A stretch of DNA of 63,296 nt, filler included, from Octopus bimaculoides (Eukaryota), in assembly GCF_001194135.2 (NCBI RefSeq). It is 5 parts of 4 records of this genome, joined end to end, with 100 filler letters (N's around TTAATTAATTAA, not from the genome) between each part and the next. Parts side by side here need not be neighbours in the genome. Positions count along the whole stretch, not along the records: positions 21,346 to 44,506 come from NC_068998.1; 4 more parts are not named here. One strand, 5' to 3'. Below the pieces are notes generated by a model. It did no database searches. It saw nothing but the letters and a program-made list of their open reading frames with translations, and was not told the DNA's origin. Position numbers and translations under genes: made by a program. Positions 23,961-37,849 of this stretch are shown in pieces. How positions within the stretch are numbered: position 1 is the stretch's first letter; each line of letters opens with the position of its first letter.

Positions 23961-25059
23961 ATATTGTGTAGTCGATAAAATCAAAAACAAATAATGCCCG
24001 TATATAATGCTGTATATATATATAAACTATACATACGTGTGTGTGCGCCTGTCTGCGAGAGCGAACTCGCAAAATTTTCGTATAGCAATGGCAATTTTGC
24101 CGAATATAATATTTCACTACAATTTTCCTCACCTTGCATCTTTCCTATTTACTCGAGCATAATTCACTGAAGTACACCTGTTTCGAGATGTAGACAATTA
24201 GGAATAGATATAATCTGTTCTCTCTCTTTATCTTTCCCCACCATTTCCCTCAATCTCGTTTTCTGTCTCTGTAAAAATTGTTATGAAACTGACATGAATG
24301 CAATATTTCTGAAGCCTGTTATATGTATATATATATATGTGTCTGTGCGTGTGTGTTCGTGTGTGTGTGTGTGTGTTTGTTTGTGTGTGTGAATGTGCAT
24401 GTGTTTGTGTGTGTGTGTGTGTGTGTGCGTATACGTATATATGTGTGTGTGTATCAATGTATGTCCCATTATATATATATATATATATATNNNNNNNNNN
24501 NNNNNNNNNNNNNNNNNNNNNNNNNNNNNNNNNNNNNNNNNNNNNNNNNNNNNNNNNNNNNNNNNNNNNNNNNNNNNNNNNNNNNNNNNNNNNNNNNNNN
24601 NNNNNNNNNNNNNNNNNNNNNNNNNNNNNNNNNNNNNNNNNNNNNNNNNNNNNNNNNNNNNNNNNNNNNNNNNNNNNNNNNNNNNNNNNNNNNNNNNNNN
24701 NNNNNNNNNNNNNNNNNNNNNNNNNNNNNNNNNNNNNNNNNNNNNNNNNNNNNNNNNNNNNNNNNNNNNNNNNNNNNNNNNNNNNNNNNNNNNNNNNNNN
24801 NNNNNNNNNNNNNNNNNNNNNNNNNNNNNNNNNNNNNNNNNNNNNNNNNNNNNNNNNNNNNNNNNNNNNNNNNNNNNNNNNNNNNNNNNNNNNNNNNNNN
24901 NNNNNNNNNNNNNNNNNNNNNNNNNNNNNNNNNNNNNNNNNNNNNNNNNNNNNNNNNNNNNNNNNNNNNNNNNNNNNNNNNNNNNNNNNNNNNNNNNNNN
25001 NNNNNNNNNNNNNATATATACATACACACACACACACTCACACACACACACACACACAT

Positions 25060-25116
<57 letters not shown>

Positions 25117-26750
25117 TGCATACAAGCATGCAGGTATATATTTATATATAGAGTGCAATACGAATGTACTGACATTTACATATATAGTGATAAGTGCGTG
25201 TGTGAGTGTGTGTGTGCGTTAACGTGTATGTAGCTGTTGCTGAGAGTACAGTTGTTGGTGATTTACGTAATTTTCCTTTTGGTTATTCGTTGTCTAAAGT
25301 TAGATATAACGAAGATTGTCTTCACCTTTCATGTCTTCCATGTTCATAAAAATGTATTATCTTTTATTATTGTCAAAAAGAACACTATTATCGCTGATAA
25401 TGTTAGATTCTAATTCATGATAATACATTCGTCAACATCAGAATATACCATCATTGTGCCTCATAAAACTAGTCTGCTACACAAGAAAAATAGACGTCAA
25501 TACATCATAAGCATCCATCTGAACCAGATCTTAAATAGCTATCTCGGTATCTAACAATAAAGAGAGACACATTTCTTTCAAGATCTCCAAACATAAAAAT
25601 AAACATAAACAAGAAGAAACATTTATATTTTGAATGAAATAGATATTCCAATTTTGTTAATGGAAATTCAGAATAAAGTAGGTAATATAAGTCGCAAGAT
25701 ATATATATATATATATATATANNNNNNNNNNNNNNNNNNNNNNNNNNNNNNNNNNNNNNNNNNNNNNNNNNNNNNNNNNNNNNNNNNNNNNNNNNNNNNG
25801 GATGTATAAATGTATATGTATATATACGCATAGACATATATTTTCATTGTATACATTTATATATATGTGTGTGTTCATATACATATATACAGAGATATAT
25901 TTGTGGATGTATAAATGTATATGTATATATACGCATAGACATATATTTTCATTGTATACATTTATATATATGTGTGTTTGTGTGTGTATGTTTGTGTATG
26001 TATGTGTGTTTATGTGTGTGCTGCCATACATACACATATATATGCATATGGGTATTTAATAAATGACAGAATATTTTCGAATGGGAATACAATTAAATCA
26101 ATGCCTAATCGCTCTAACATTTGGGTTCTGACTTAAAGAACAACGCAATCTTTTATTATACAAAATAAAATTTTCTATGATTTCAAAAGAGAATATGAAT
26201 TATTTTCCCATGAAATGCAACAATAGACTTTGCATGTTATTCCGTTGTAGCTAATGCATTGAAATATATCACATAAATGCAAAAGACCTTCGCAAACAAT
26301 AGTACTCGAATACCTGATTAATGCTGCAAAATCTTCACAAAACTCCATTTCGTCGAACACCGGTGACTAATATTGAATTAAGATTGTGATGGTACACGTA
26401 ATATAATATATGATATAATTCTATTCAAGGAATAAGCATTTATATTTGATTGGGTGGTTGATTTATGAAACAAAATCGTAGTTTACGCGCTACAATTTGG
26501 GTTGCGTGTGTGAAATTTAAACAGTGTATTATAAATGTAAATGTATTATGATAAGATCGAAAAAAAAAAACCTTGTGTACATCGGAGGGCATACATATCG
26601 AAGAAACTACTAATTAATGTTCAATAATAAAATTCAAGATATAGTATCGCACGTTGGTTATTAAAAGTGAGATATTAATATAAGATAGAGGAGAAACCAA
26701 AGTTAAAATGTTCAATAACAAATGTACGGTGTACAACGTATATTCATATG

Positions 26751-27157
26751 ATATATGTAGCCCACTGCAGTCGTGCTTCACAGTGGCTCGTGGTGAGGAG
26801 AGGCCCTCATGTAGGACGACGGCAACGGAAGTTGTTAGCTGCCAGTCGACGGCGTATTGTGTCGTCGCTGATGGGTCGCTGTCCAGTGTCAATGGTCTTG
26901 CGAACTGTCACGCTGGTCGGTCCGAAGCGATGACGAAGTTTTGCAGGGGGATGATGGGGTCCTGCTTTGGTGTGGTCGCCCGGGGGAGCCCTCGGCCGAC
27001 ACGGTCGACAGTGCTGTTGGTGTTGTTGCATCACTGTTGCAGGTGATAGATGGTGCCGACATAGATATTGTATGCTTTCGCAACAACCAGTGTTCGCTGC
27101 CCTCCTTGCAATCTGACAGTAGCTTGTTACATCTTTGCTGCCGACAATCGGATCGTA
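26751..27157 (-). mobile_element. N-terminal half of a Tc1 (DD34E) transposase pseudogene
   Basis: IRLSAAK..ATVRLQGGQRTLVVAKAYNI..TIYHLQ...TNSTVDR.GRGLPRATTPKQD, then RHRF...ISDDTIRRRLAANNFRCRRP..GPLLT..HCEARLQWA (paired-type HTH region). Confidence 0.85.
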
Positions 27158-27559
27158 CCTGAATGCATCCAAATTAAGTATCTGTTCTTTATTAACCATG
27201 AAGGTCGAAACACAGAATGGACAACACAAGGACAGACAATACAGCACCAACAAAAACGTAGGGAGAAAACGAAAGAAAAACGATGGAATGTGAAAAACTG
27301 AAAAGTCTGAATGATGGCTACCCAAACTCCACTTCCAAGCAGCCATGTTAAACTTTTTTTCAGTATGTTGACAAATTGAATCTTTTTTCTTTTACCTTTC
27401 ATCTTCCTCTCTTTTTCACCTTTTTAAAACTTAAAAACAGTTACTCTGCGATAACAAGTGCGTCTAAGTGACTGTGATCTACAACTGGAGGAAGCGAATC
27501 AATCACTACCCCCACTTCCAAGAGTCCAACATCTAGCCCAAATATCTCTTTCGATTCAC

Positions 27560-28250
27560 GATGGCTCTCCCTATCAATGACAACACATCTCCTATAAGGT
27601 GAAACAACCCTGACCGTGGGAGTCTATAAGTGTATCTGTGCGTGAAGATTCTGGGTCAGTGTCTGATGGGGCTCGGCGAGGGATAGTGTCTGTGAGGTTA
27701 CGATGGTGGCTAGTATCCGTGGAGTGGTTATTCCTCCTCTTTCTCCTTGATCCTTTGGAGACGTTGGTCTATTCCTTCTTGTCTGGTGTCTTTATCTCTT
27801 TCCCATCACATTTCTCCTCCGTCTCTGCGTTCATCACCATATGAAGTGGAGATGTGCTTTCCTTCACTACTGGGGTGCATTCTGCGGGAGGTGGAGGACA
27901 TTCTGCTCTGATGTAGCCTTTTTGGTCATGTTTGAAGCATCATGGCTTCTTGCCCTCCACCATTACACTCAATCTCTTGTCACTCACCAAAATGGTGTCC
28001 TCAGTACACGGGGCAGGCTGGACGATCATCTCCAGCAACTTACCTAGCCTGTTTTGCTTTGGTATTCTTGATGCTTCTTGACGTGATCTTGACGTGATCA
28101 CACGTTTGAGTGGTGTGACGATTGACGGGGTAGGAGTAGAATTTGGTGACCGGTGTGTTGCATGACGTGAGCGTTTAGCTGAGGAAAAAGGCTGTAGGAG
28201 TGACAGATTACTGGCAGTGAGATGGTCTTCCACAGATGCAGTTGAAGACG
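27560..28250 (-). mobile_element. L1/Tx1-like LINE ORF1 remnant (Zn-knuckle)
   Basis: EDTILVSDKRLSVMVEGKKP followed by CFKHDQKGYIRAECP, a degenerate CX2CX4HX4C knuckle. Confidence 0.55.
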
Positions 28251-28369
28251 AGGACTTCCGTGCTTAATTCGAGGTCGAATTTTGGACGGTGAAATATTTC
28301 TTGAAATGAGAACCTGCTGTACTGTGAAACATAGTGAGTGGCTATGAGCATACGCTGGAAGGAGAAACT

Positions 28370-29217
28370 AGGTACATGTTCGGGAGAGAGAGAGAGAGAG
28401 AGGTGAACAAATGGTTAGAGGAAGGTATTCTGATGCCATGAATGGAGGAGGTAACGAGCGTTGTGCTGCCGTTGATGACTGTGGTTAAGCCAAGAAAGCA
28501 TAGGGTTCGATCGGTGCTGGACTTCAGGGAGTTGAACGAAGATGTGAGCTGTAATAACGTTGGCAACGCAGCAGACGTATATGGAGAAACTCTTCATGAG
28601 TGGAGGCGAATGAGGTGAGTGACCACGATCGTTGATTTGAAGTCAGCTCCGTGTATCAGAGATGTGGAAGTACCAAATAGTGAGATAGAGAGGCACAAAG
28701 TTTTGCCTGACACAATTGGCTTTCGATCTGAGTTCAGAGTCAAGGATCATTAACATAGAAAACGGTGGGCATAGAAAACGGTGGACTAGGCTACCAGCTC
28801 ATACGGCGACGGTATCTTAGAAGATAAGAGTGTGGCATCAGCAGAGGAAATTGTGGTCCAACTTAGGAGGTTCGGACTGACAACAAACCGCCAGAGGATT
28901 TAGGAGATAAAGTGCTGGGTCTATGACTCGAAAGAGACAAAGTGGAAATGTTTGTGTTTCGCAAAACAAATGAGATTCAGAACCTAGATTAGTATATGAA
29001 AAGGAGACGAGAGCTCTTCTAAATGTGTGTGGATCACGTAGGTCACCATTCTGTCACAGGATTACTCTGAGCGATATATAGATATGTCAAAAGCTGGTAA
29101 GGAGTGAACTGGTGTGGCAAAGTGGGAAAGAAGACGATGGTGTTGATGCGAGAAATCTTGGAGAGAGTGCCAACGGAAGAAGCAGTGAAGGGAGGCTGGT
29201 ACGCACCTGATGCAAAG
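28370..29217 (+). mobile_element. Gypsy-like LTR retrotransposon RT/RNase H remnant
   Basis: VRSVLDFRELNEDVSC, VDLKSA, WKYQIVR, FCLTQLAF, LRRFGLTT and GGWYAPDAK, with many frameshifts. Confidence 0.7.
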
Positions 29218-29867
29218 AGTGGGCTACATATATGTGGCACCCCACATTGGCCGCATCAACACTGAAATGTCGAGAGTCTTTTCTAACGTGAGCCGGTACA
29301 GAGATTCCACCTCGGATGGCAGAGTGTGGCGTATGAGTGGTGACCGCTACAGAGACGCATATGGCATAGAGAGAGAGACGCGTGGAGTGGTTAAAGCATC
29401 ATGGTTTGGGTTGCTATATGCCTGAATTAAAGAACTGGGCCCCATGTGTTCCTAAAATGTTGGTACAAGCAGAGGGAATGGCATCACAGCGCAGCGCTAA
29501 TTTGACCATATCCTAAAACCTCACATTGTGCCCTCCTTCACGCGTCAGCATAGCTCCGAATTTCAGCAGCACAATGCTCCCTCCAACAAGGTCAGAGTCA
29601 CCATGGTCTCCCTGCTTCTTCACATCATCAGATCCATGCCGTGACCGTCTTTCCTCCCGGATTTAAACTCAAGTGAACACCTGCAGGATGCAATCGAGAG
29701 ACGGCTGAACTAGGTGGTCCCAATGCTGACAACTCGTGTGGAACTGGAGGTTGCTTTTCTGAGGGTGTGTACAGGTGCCAATGGCTTTTGGGAACCGCCT
29801 CAAGCACTCCATGTACCGAAGGAGTATGGTCGTTTTGGACAACCAGAGAACGCATCTTCGGTACTGC
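29218..29867 (+). mobile_element. C-terminal catalytic half of the same Tc1 transposase pseudogene
   Basis: RVFSNVSR..SDGRVWR..GDRY, SIMVW.AI, GNGITAQR*FDHILKPHIVP, FQQHNAP...P*PSFLPDLNSSEHLQDAIERRL, SMYRRS...HLRY; 34 residues between the second Asp position and the Glu. Confidence 0.85.
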
Positions 29868-32800
29868 ACATGTCGTGCCCTACAATTGCGATGTGCTGGA
29901 TTCGCCCACTACCAGATCACATGTCAACGACCCATAAACTGTGTATCCAAGAAATTGGGTTTATCAGATTTATCAAAATTTATCCCTCACGGTATTTCTT
30001 AGTTTTAAAATGTTAGATAGATTTTCAAAGATACTTTCCTTCAAAACTGTATCCAAATGAATCTGGATTTTATCAAGATTTCTGAGAAAATGCAAATTAC
30101 GGTTGTCTTATTTCAATTTAAAATAAGTCACTTACTCTGAACATTCTAGGAAAAGAAAGCTTATAAAATGAAATTTCATTATTAATTCCCGAGTTCGCCT
30201 TTTATTAAAGTGTATAAATTTATATTGTTGAAAGAAATTTTAAAATAATTTAGAAGAACGTCATATGTATCCTAAGGACAAAAAACACAAAAGCCCACTT
30301 CCAGAATATATTCTGAGTAAATGTTTTTAGAAATAATTAATCACCCGTCATATATTCAGATGATTATATAAGGCATGTCTGTGTTTTGAATAGCTGGATT
30401 ATATTTAACAATATTAATACGCAAACTGTTACGTTATATATTTCTTTGCCGATATATGATTTATATATGAATGTATTGAACATTTGAAGTTTTCCCTCTC
30501 GTTCTTACATTTTTTATGCTGTTATAGGATTTTATGGAATTATTAAATTAAATATAGATGTAAGGACGATTATATTTTCTTTTAATGTTCCTATATCGTT
30601 AATTCTATTTTGTAAAGTGAATGTAGATATCTGAAAAGCCTAATCTCTTTTTTATGATTTCTTTTGAATATATTTTACTTTGTCAAGTGTATTAAAATAT
30701 TCATATGATATGTTGGTACATGTATTTTGAAATTGTCTAGTGTTTCATTATTCCTTATAGAATAAAAGATGAATATATAGATTTCATCCAGCATTAAAAG
30801 GTCTTGTAATGCATGTTTATTTGCATATATTTTAAATAAGTGTTTATGAGGAAGAAATATTACATCAAATGTAAAATTACATCTATTCAAAAGCAGTATA
30901 ACATTTTCATATACCTAAAGATACGTTGAATCATTCTATAATTTGATATTATTCTGAAATAAGTTCTACAATTTAATGATTTAAAATAACAGAATATGTC
31001 TTTTTGCACACTGTATATTCATAAGTTAATGAGATAGACTCAGTCACGATTATGATAATGATGGAAGTCTCTGAACCATAAATACCAGATCGAAAAGTCT
31101 ATGCCAATCGGGTCTAAGTACGAAAGTGTGTTTATATTTGCAATGTTAAGTTTCAGGATGAGTTCCTTCAGTTTTCTCCAACGGAAAGGAAACTCGTTTT
31201 CTTTCCTGCGCATCCTTATGTAAACAGTGTGCCTATATTCCAGTGTCTTGTCAAACTAGAGTGATACTCGTAATAGCAGACATATAACTTAGCTTCGCTG
31301 TGAGAAAAAAACAAACAAAAAAAACACTACAATAAGTTGCGTGAGTGTATTTCGTAAATTATTTTGAATACAGTAAAAAGAAGGAAATCACGAACATTTA
31401 TTGGGGCTTGAGATATATTGACATATAACCAATGTTTTTCTAACATATAATTTCTTGCAGTCAGGTGTATGAAGAATTGCCTAACCTTTTTATTTCAGAT
31501 CGAACATATACAAACATACAACTGTTTCTCTGCTATATTCATATTCATCTGAATACTTAATATACATTTTATATAATTTCTTTGTAATTATACATATATA
31601 AGATGATACAAACATAATACATATTCTATCACACTTATTCGTCAGTTTTCTCACTTGTGAATACGACGTACCCAAAACTATGTCATAAAGTCGGTGTCTA
31701 TAAATTTGTGCATACTTGTGTGAAAACCATCAGCTGGTATGTCCCAACGTTTCATACCAACGAAACAAATTCAAATATGAATGTGATGCAGCCTGTAGGA
31801 TATAACGAATATAGAACAGGCATATACATACATACATCCAGACGAATTGATGAAAATATATACTCTTATGCCTGTAATCAGAACCTGCCCAAGAACTAGC
31901 CAAATAATTACCTCGTGTAACTTGTGTACTGGTGTCCGATATTGTTTATATTTCTCGTACTGATTCTCAGTCATATATATATATATATATATANNNNNNN
32001 NNNNNNNNNNNNNNNNNNNNNNNNNNNNNNNNNNNNNNNNNNNNNNNNNNNNNNNNNNNNNNNNNNNNNNNNNNNNNNNNNNNNNNNNNNNNNNNNNNNN
32101 NNNNNNNNNNNNNNNNNNNNNNNNNNNNNNNNNNNNNNNNNNNNNNNNNNNNNNNNNNNNNNNNNNNNNNNNNNNNNNNNNNNNNNNNNNNNNNNNNNNN
32201 NNNNNNNNNNNNNNNNNNNNNNNNNNNNNNNNNNNNNNNNNNNNNNNNNNNNNNNNNNNNNNNNNNNNNNNNNNNNNNNNNNNNNNNNNNNNNNNNNNNN
32301 NNNNNNNNNNNNNNNNNNNNNNNNNNNNNNNNNNNNNNNNNNNNNNNNNNNNNNNNNNNNNNNNNNNNNNNNNNNNNNNNNNNNNNNNNNNNNNNNNNNN
32401 NNNNNNNNNNNNNNNNNNNNNNNNNNNNNNNNNNNNNNNNNNNNNNNNNNNNNNNNNNNNNNNATATATATATATATATATATGTACATATATACATACA
32501 TACATAGATACATACATATATGTACACACACACACACATACACACACACACACACACACTACACACGTATATATATATATAGACACCCACACATATATAT
32601 GCATACATAGATACATATGTATATTTATATTTATATGCATATCAATATATGGATTCAAGTAAAATAACCTCCTTAATGCATCGTTATCCGAAACATAGTA
32701 TGTATAGTACGAGACAAGAAAATGATATAACGAGTGTCGAAGATCACAAGTGACAGAGAAATAGTGTGATAAAATTTTATTTAATAATATGACAAATCTA

Positions 32801-33097
32801 ATACTTCAACAAACTGTTTCGTAACTTTAAAAAACAGGTAAACAAGTGATATAATTTTTTTTATTAAGCAAGACTGCAAAATGTAAAAAATAATGCAATG
32901 TTCGTCCACCTGCGAAAGAAAGTATTCGTTAAAAAGATTTTTGAAATAACGTTCCTATAAGCAAGCAACGTCAAAGCTTTAAAACAATGATAATGTAATT
33001 GATATAAATTAATAAGAATATTTTCTAATTGATCGATGGGAATTTAGTGATGTAACTAAAAAGTAACTAGTAGATATTATTACTACAATAAAAGAAA

Positions 33098-33133
<36 letters not shown>

Positions 33134-33183
33134 TTGAAAATCTAGAAAATAAAAGAACGCAAATCTGCATTAAAAAGACTGTA

Positions 33184-33879
<696 letters not shown>

Positions 33880-33880
<1 letters not shown>

Positions 33881-34630
33881 TCGGTAAATATGAACAGATT
33901 AGATTATTTGAGACAGACCAGGGGAGATTGTATAGCATAATGAATGGTGGAGAAGTAAGTACTGAAGATGAGGAACCTAATGCAGAAGAACATAGAAAGT
34001 TCTGGTGTAAGATTTGGGATAAGCCAATCAATCATAATGGAGGTGCAGTATGGTTGCAGAAAGTGAGGATAGAATTAGGGATTGAAATGCAGCCAAATTT
34101 AAGACTAACTAGTGCAGTAAGAGTTAGAAGAAATACCGAACTTGAAGGGGCCAGGAACAAATTTTGTTCTCGTGTAATACAGCTAGTAATTATAGGTCAA
34201 TCACTTGGTTATCATAAATGTAGTAACGGTTAAAATGAGTGCTTTCATGAGCACCTTGACAACCAACAATTGCTGCCAGCGGAACAGAAACATTTCAGGA
34301 AAAAGGAAGGCTTGAAGAACGCATGATCTATTATACACAGACAAAGCAGTTCAAAACGAAGTCAAATCTAGACAGAAAATCTAACAGTTGTATGGATAGA
34401 TTACAAGAAAGCCTATGACATGATGCCACACTCACGAATATATGAATGTTACACTATATTAAGTAGAGCAGACAACATGGGAGAGATAATTAGATGTAGG
34501 ATGAGGAAATGGAAAGTAGGTCTCCACTGATGTTTCACATTCTTCGGGAAGGTTAATACCAACAGACGAATTTTCCAAGGAGACTCGTTATCTCCTTTAA
34601 TATTAATCTTCTGTTTCATTCCCTCAGTTA
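33880..34630 (+). mobile_element. R4/Dong-like LINE RT remnant
   Basis: RLFETDQGRLY..PNAEEHRKFWCKIWDKP, NLTVVWIDYKKAYDMMPHS and IFQGDSLSPL. Confidence 0.8.
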
Positions 34631-35661
34631 AGTAGAAGAAAATGAAGATATTTATAATAATGATAATAACGATAAATCACTGCTCCGAAACTTATCCAAA
34701 AACATCGGAAATAAAGACATCGCATGGAGCCCAAATATAGCTGACAAAGGGTTGGACTATACCCGAGTAAGTAATACTCATTGAAATTTATTCCTATTTT
34801 TCCAAATATAATGATGTATTTTAACTTAATACCTCCACTACCCGAACAGCGATCGTAATCACACGTGTTACATNNNNNNNNNNNNNNNNNNNNNNNNNNN
34901 NNNNNNNNNNNNNNNNNNNNNNNNNNNNNNNNNNNNNNNNNNNNNNNNNNNNNNNNNNNNNNNNNNNNNNNNNNNNNNNNNNNNNNNNNNNNNNNNNNNN
35001 NNNNNNNNNNNNNNNNNNNNNNNNNNNNNNNNNNNNNNNNNNNNNNNNNNNNNNNNNNNNNNNNNNNNNNNNNNNNNNNNNNNNNNNNNNNNNNNNNNNN
35101 NNNNNNNNNNNNNNNNNNNNNNNNNNNNNNNNNNNNNNNNNNNNNNNNNNNNNNNNNNNNNNNNNNNNNNNNNNNNNNNNNNNNNNNNNNNNNNNNNNNN
35201 NNNNNNNNNNNNNNNNNNNNNNNNNNNNNNNNNNNNNNNNNNNNNNNNNNNNNNNNNNNNNNNNNNNNNNNNNNNNNNNNNNNNNNNNNNNNNNNNNNNN
35301 NNNNNNNNNNNNNNNNNNNNNNNNNNNNNNNNNNNNNNNNNNNNNNNNNNNNNNNNNNNNNNNNNNNNNNNNNNNNNNNNNNNNNNNNNNNNNNNNNNNN
35401 NNNNNNNNNNNNNNNNNNNNNNNNNNNNNNNNNNNNNNNNNNNNNNNNNNNNNNNNNNNNNNNNNNNNNNNNNNNNNNNNNNNNNNNNNNNNNNNNNNNN
35501 NNNNNNNNNNNNNNNNNNNNNNNNNNNNNNNNNNNNNNNNNNACTAGATATGAATTATTGAGACTGATATGAACAAGAAAATATGAACAAGAAAATATGA
35601 ACAATATTAAAGTTTCAAGAAGTTAGTACTTTGAAGTCATCTATATTTATAAAAGCGAGTT

Positions 35662-35706
<45 letters not shown>

Positions 35707-37849
35707 CTGTGTGCGTGCGTGTGTGTGTATGTTTGTTCTTTATGCATTTCAAAACCAAGTTGCCGACTTTGGCGCAAGGGTTTCAAAAGATTCAGTTATC
35801 TTACGGTTACCAACTAAACTTCATTTTCATTGACATATTTGCATTACAGAAACTTAACATTATAATGTCTTCCATAAGTTAACTATAGTAAACATGTTAT
35901 TCCACGATGACGTCAAATTTTCTATATAAGTGCGTACGTGTCTGTCAGTGTCTCTGTTTGCGCTTTCCTTACATATGCCAGGCCGATGACTCACAGGTAT
36001 ATGTGTTTGTGGGTGTATGTAGGTGTGTGGCTATATATACATATTTGTGAGGACAAACACACAGGCACACATATGTTTTAGTATATGTATGTCGCTGCAT
36101 GTCAGTCTGTGTGTAAGTGTGTGTGGATGTGTGATAATTTTTATGAAATACAATCGATTTTTCTGCTTGGACATTCATCGAACAAGAAGTTTCATTTTCA
36201 ATTACCATTGCTTGCAGTATTATTTTCATCATGGAGAATGGCGGTTGAAACTGCATTAACGATTATCAGTGATGTGCTGAAATATTATTCTGGTTTTTAT
36301 AACCTTCATGAAGATTTCACTGATTTGACAGTAGTCACAACACTCGCAAATATATCTGAAAACAAAATGTTATTCTGGTTATTATAACAATTTCGGAAGC
36401 TTGGTGAAGTAGAAAGACTTACCAGCTCTTTCAATAAAATTAAAGAAATATTATTCCAGTCCTTATAACCAGTTTGTCAGTCGTGTCGTCTCGTATCGTA
36501 TTCATGCTATTAACCTACCAAAGTAAATGATATCAAATGAACTTACGTCTTGCAGCATACATCCTTCTGTAAATGTGTTTAATTAATTAACGTTCACAAC
36601 AGCAACATATTCCTTTGTACACATTTTGTGCAGCGGTCGTTTCAAAACTGTAAAATAATAAATATTTTTTCTATGAAAAATTGAACTATGCCTTCTGAAT
36701 TTTCTTGGAGCTTGGCTTTCTTCACCGTGAAATTCAGTCCCGAATTTTATAAAATCTAGTACATATTCCAAATAAATGTTGACTTTCTGTAATTTTGTTA
36801 CATTGGTGACGCATAATAATTTTAGAAGATTCATTTATTTGTCATTTCAGTAACAAAAATGTCTTTAAAAATATCTCATGTATCATAAATACGGTGTTGA
36901 ATATTCTTTCAATATGGAAAAAAAATGTTAAGGGCGATTTAGTTGTTGATTTTAGCACATTGCCGTTGGAATTGTTTTTTTTAAGTCTTCTGTTATAAAA
37001 ATGAAAAATAAATAAATTTATTTTTTTAAAAACCTATTTCAGAAACACTTCCGTTTGTAGCACCACACCATAAGTTTTGCTAAATTGATTTACTACCATG
37101 TCGTATAATAATAATAATAATAATAATAATGACAAAGTCATAAAAATTAAGAATTTTTATTAAAAAAAAAAAAATTCTGTATTATGTAATTTCATGTCCC
37201 ATGCTTAGGCAAATTTCATAGGGTTTGGCAATTTAGGCCCTAACGTTAGGCAAATAGGGACATTAATATAAATAAGTTTTTTCATAAACATTCTTAATTT
37301 TTCTAACTTTCTCATGCTTGTTGTTATAAGGCATGGTAATAAACCAATTTCCCACCATATGTAACGTTAAAACAATATTTATGGGGGTAGGGTACAAAAG
37401 GTAATCTTGCCCTTATTTCTTTTAAACTCAAACAAAAACATAATTTGTAAATTTCTTTCTCTTCGAAATTCTGCTTCCCACACCCTCGGAAAAAGAATTT
37501 CCCTGTCTTTATAACCGNNNNNNNNNNCACCAACTGGTACGTTGACGGAAATGTTTGGTAGTTCGGAAAAAGGAGATTTTTTTGAAACTTGTTTTCGTTT
37601 TTTGTTGAAGGAATTGCGGTGAGCTCCTAATGTCACAAAACCCTTTTTTTTTTTACGCCCACTCCCCGAAAAAACTGAGTGGTCAATTGGTAAAACATTC
37701 ACCATTTCTGTTACCTGTTACACTTTTTGTCTTTGTTTTGGTGGCCGGATGTTACATTAACCGTTAACTGATTATTTTTGCTAAATTGGTGACTTGCCGA
37801 CGCTAGAATATTTCAATTGGAAATATTTCCTAAAAAAAACTTTTTATAG

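Noticed and set aside
25801-25980. 105-bp tandem duplication beside a gap
   Set aside because: Low-complexity TA/TG-derived minisatellite, probably collapsed in assembly; no sign of function.
34640-34770. Open frame EENEDIYNN...DYTR ending at a GTAAGT donor on the + strand
   Set aside because: No credible acceptor, directly abuts an R4 remnant, and no partner exons were found.
36085-36834. AT-rich ORFs and strong minus-strand donors (~36421, ~36546)
   Set aside because: I could not assemble a phase-consistent, stop-free exon chain or recognise any domain.
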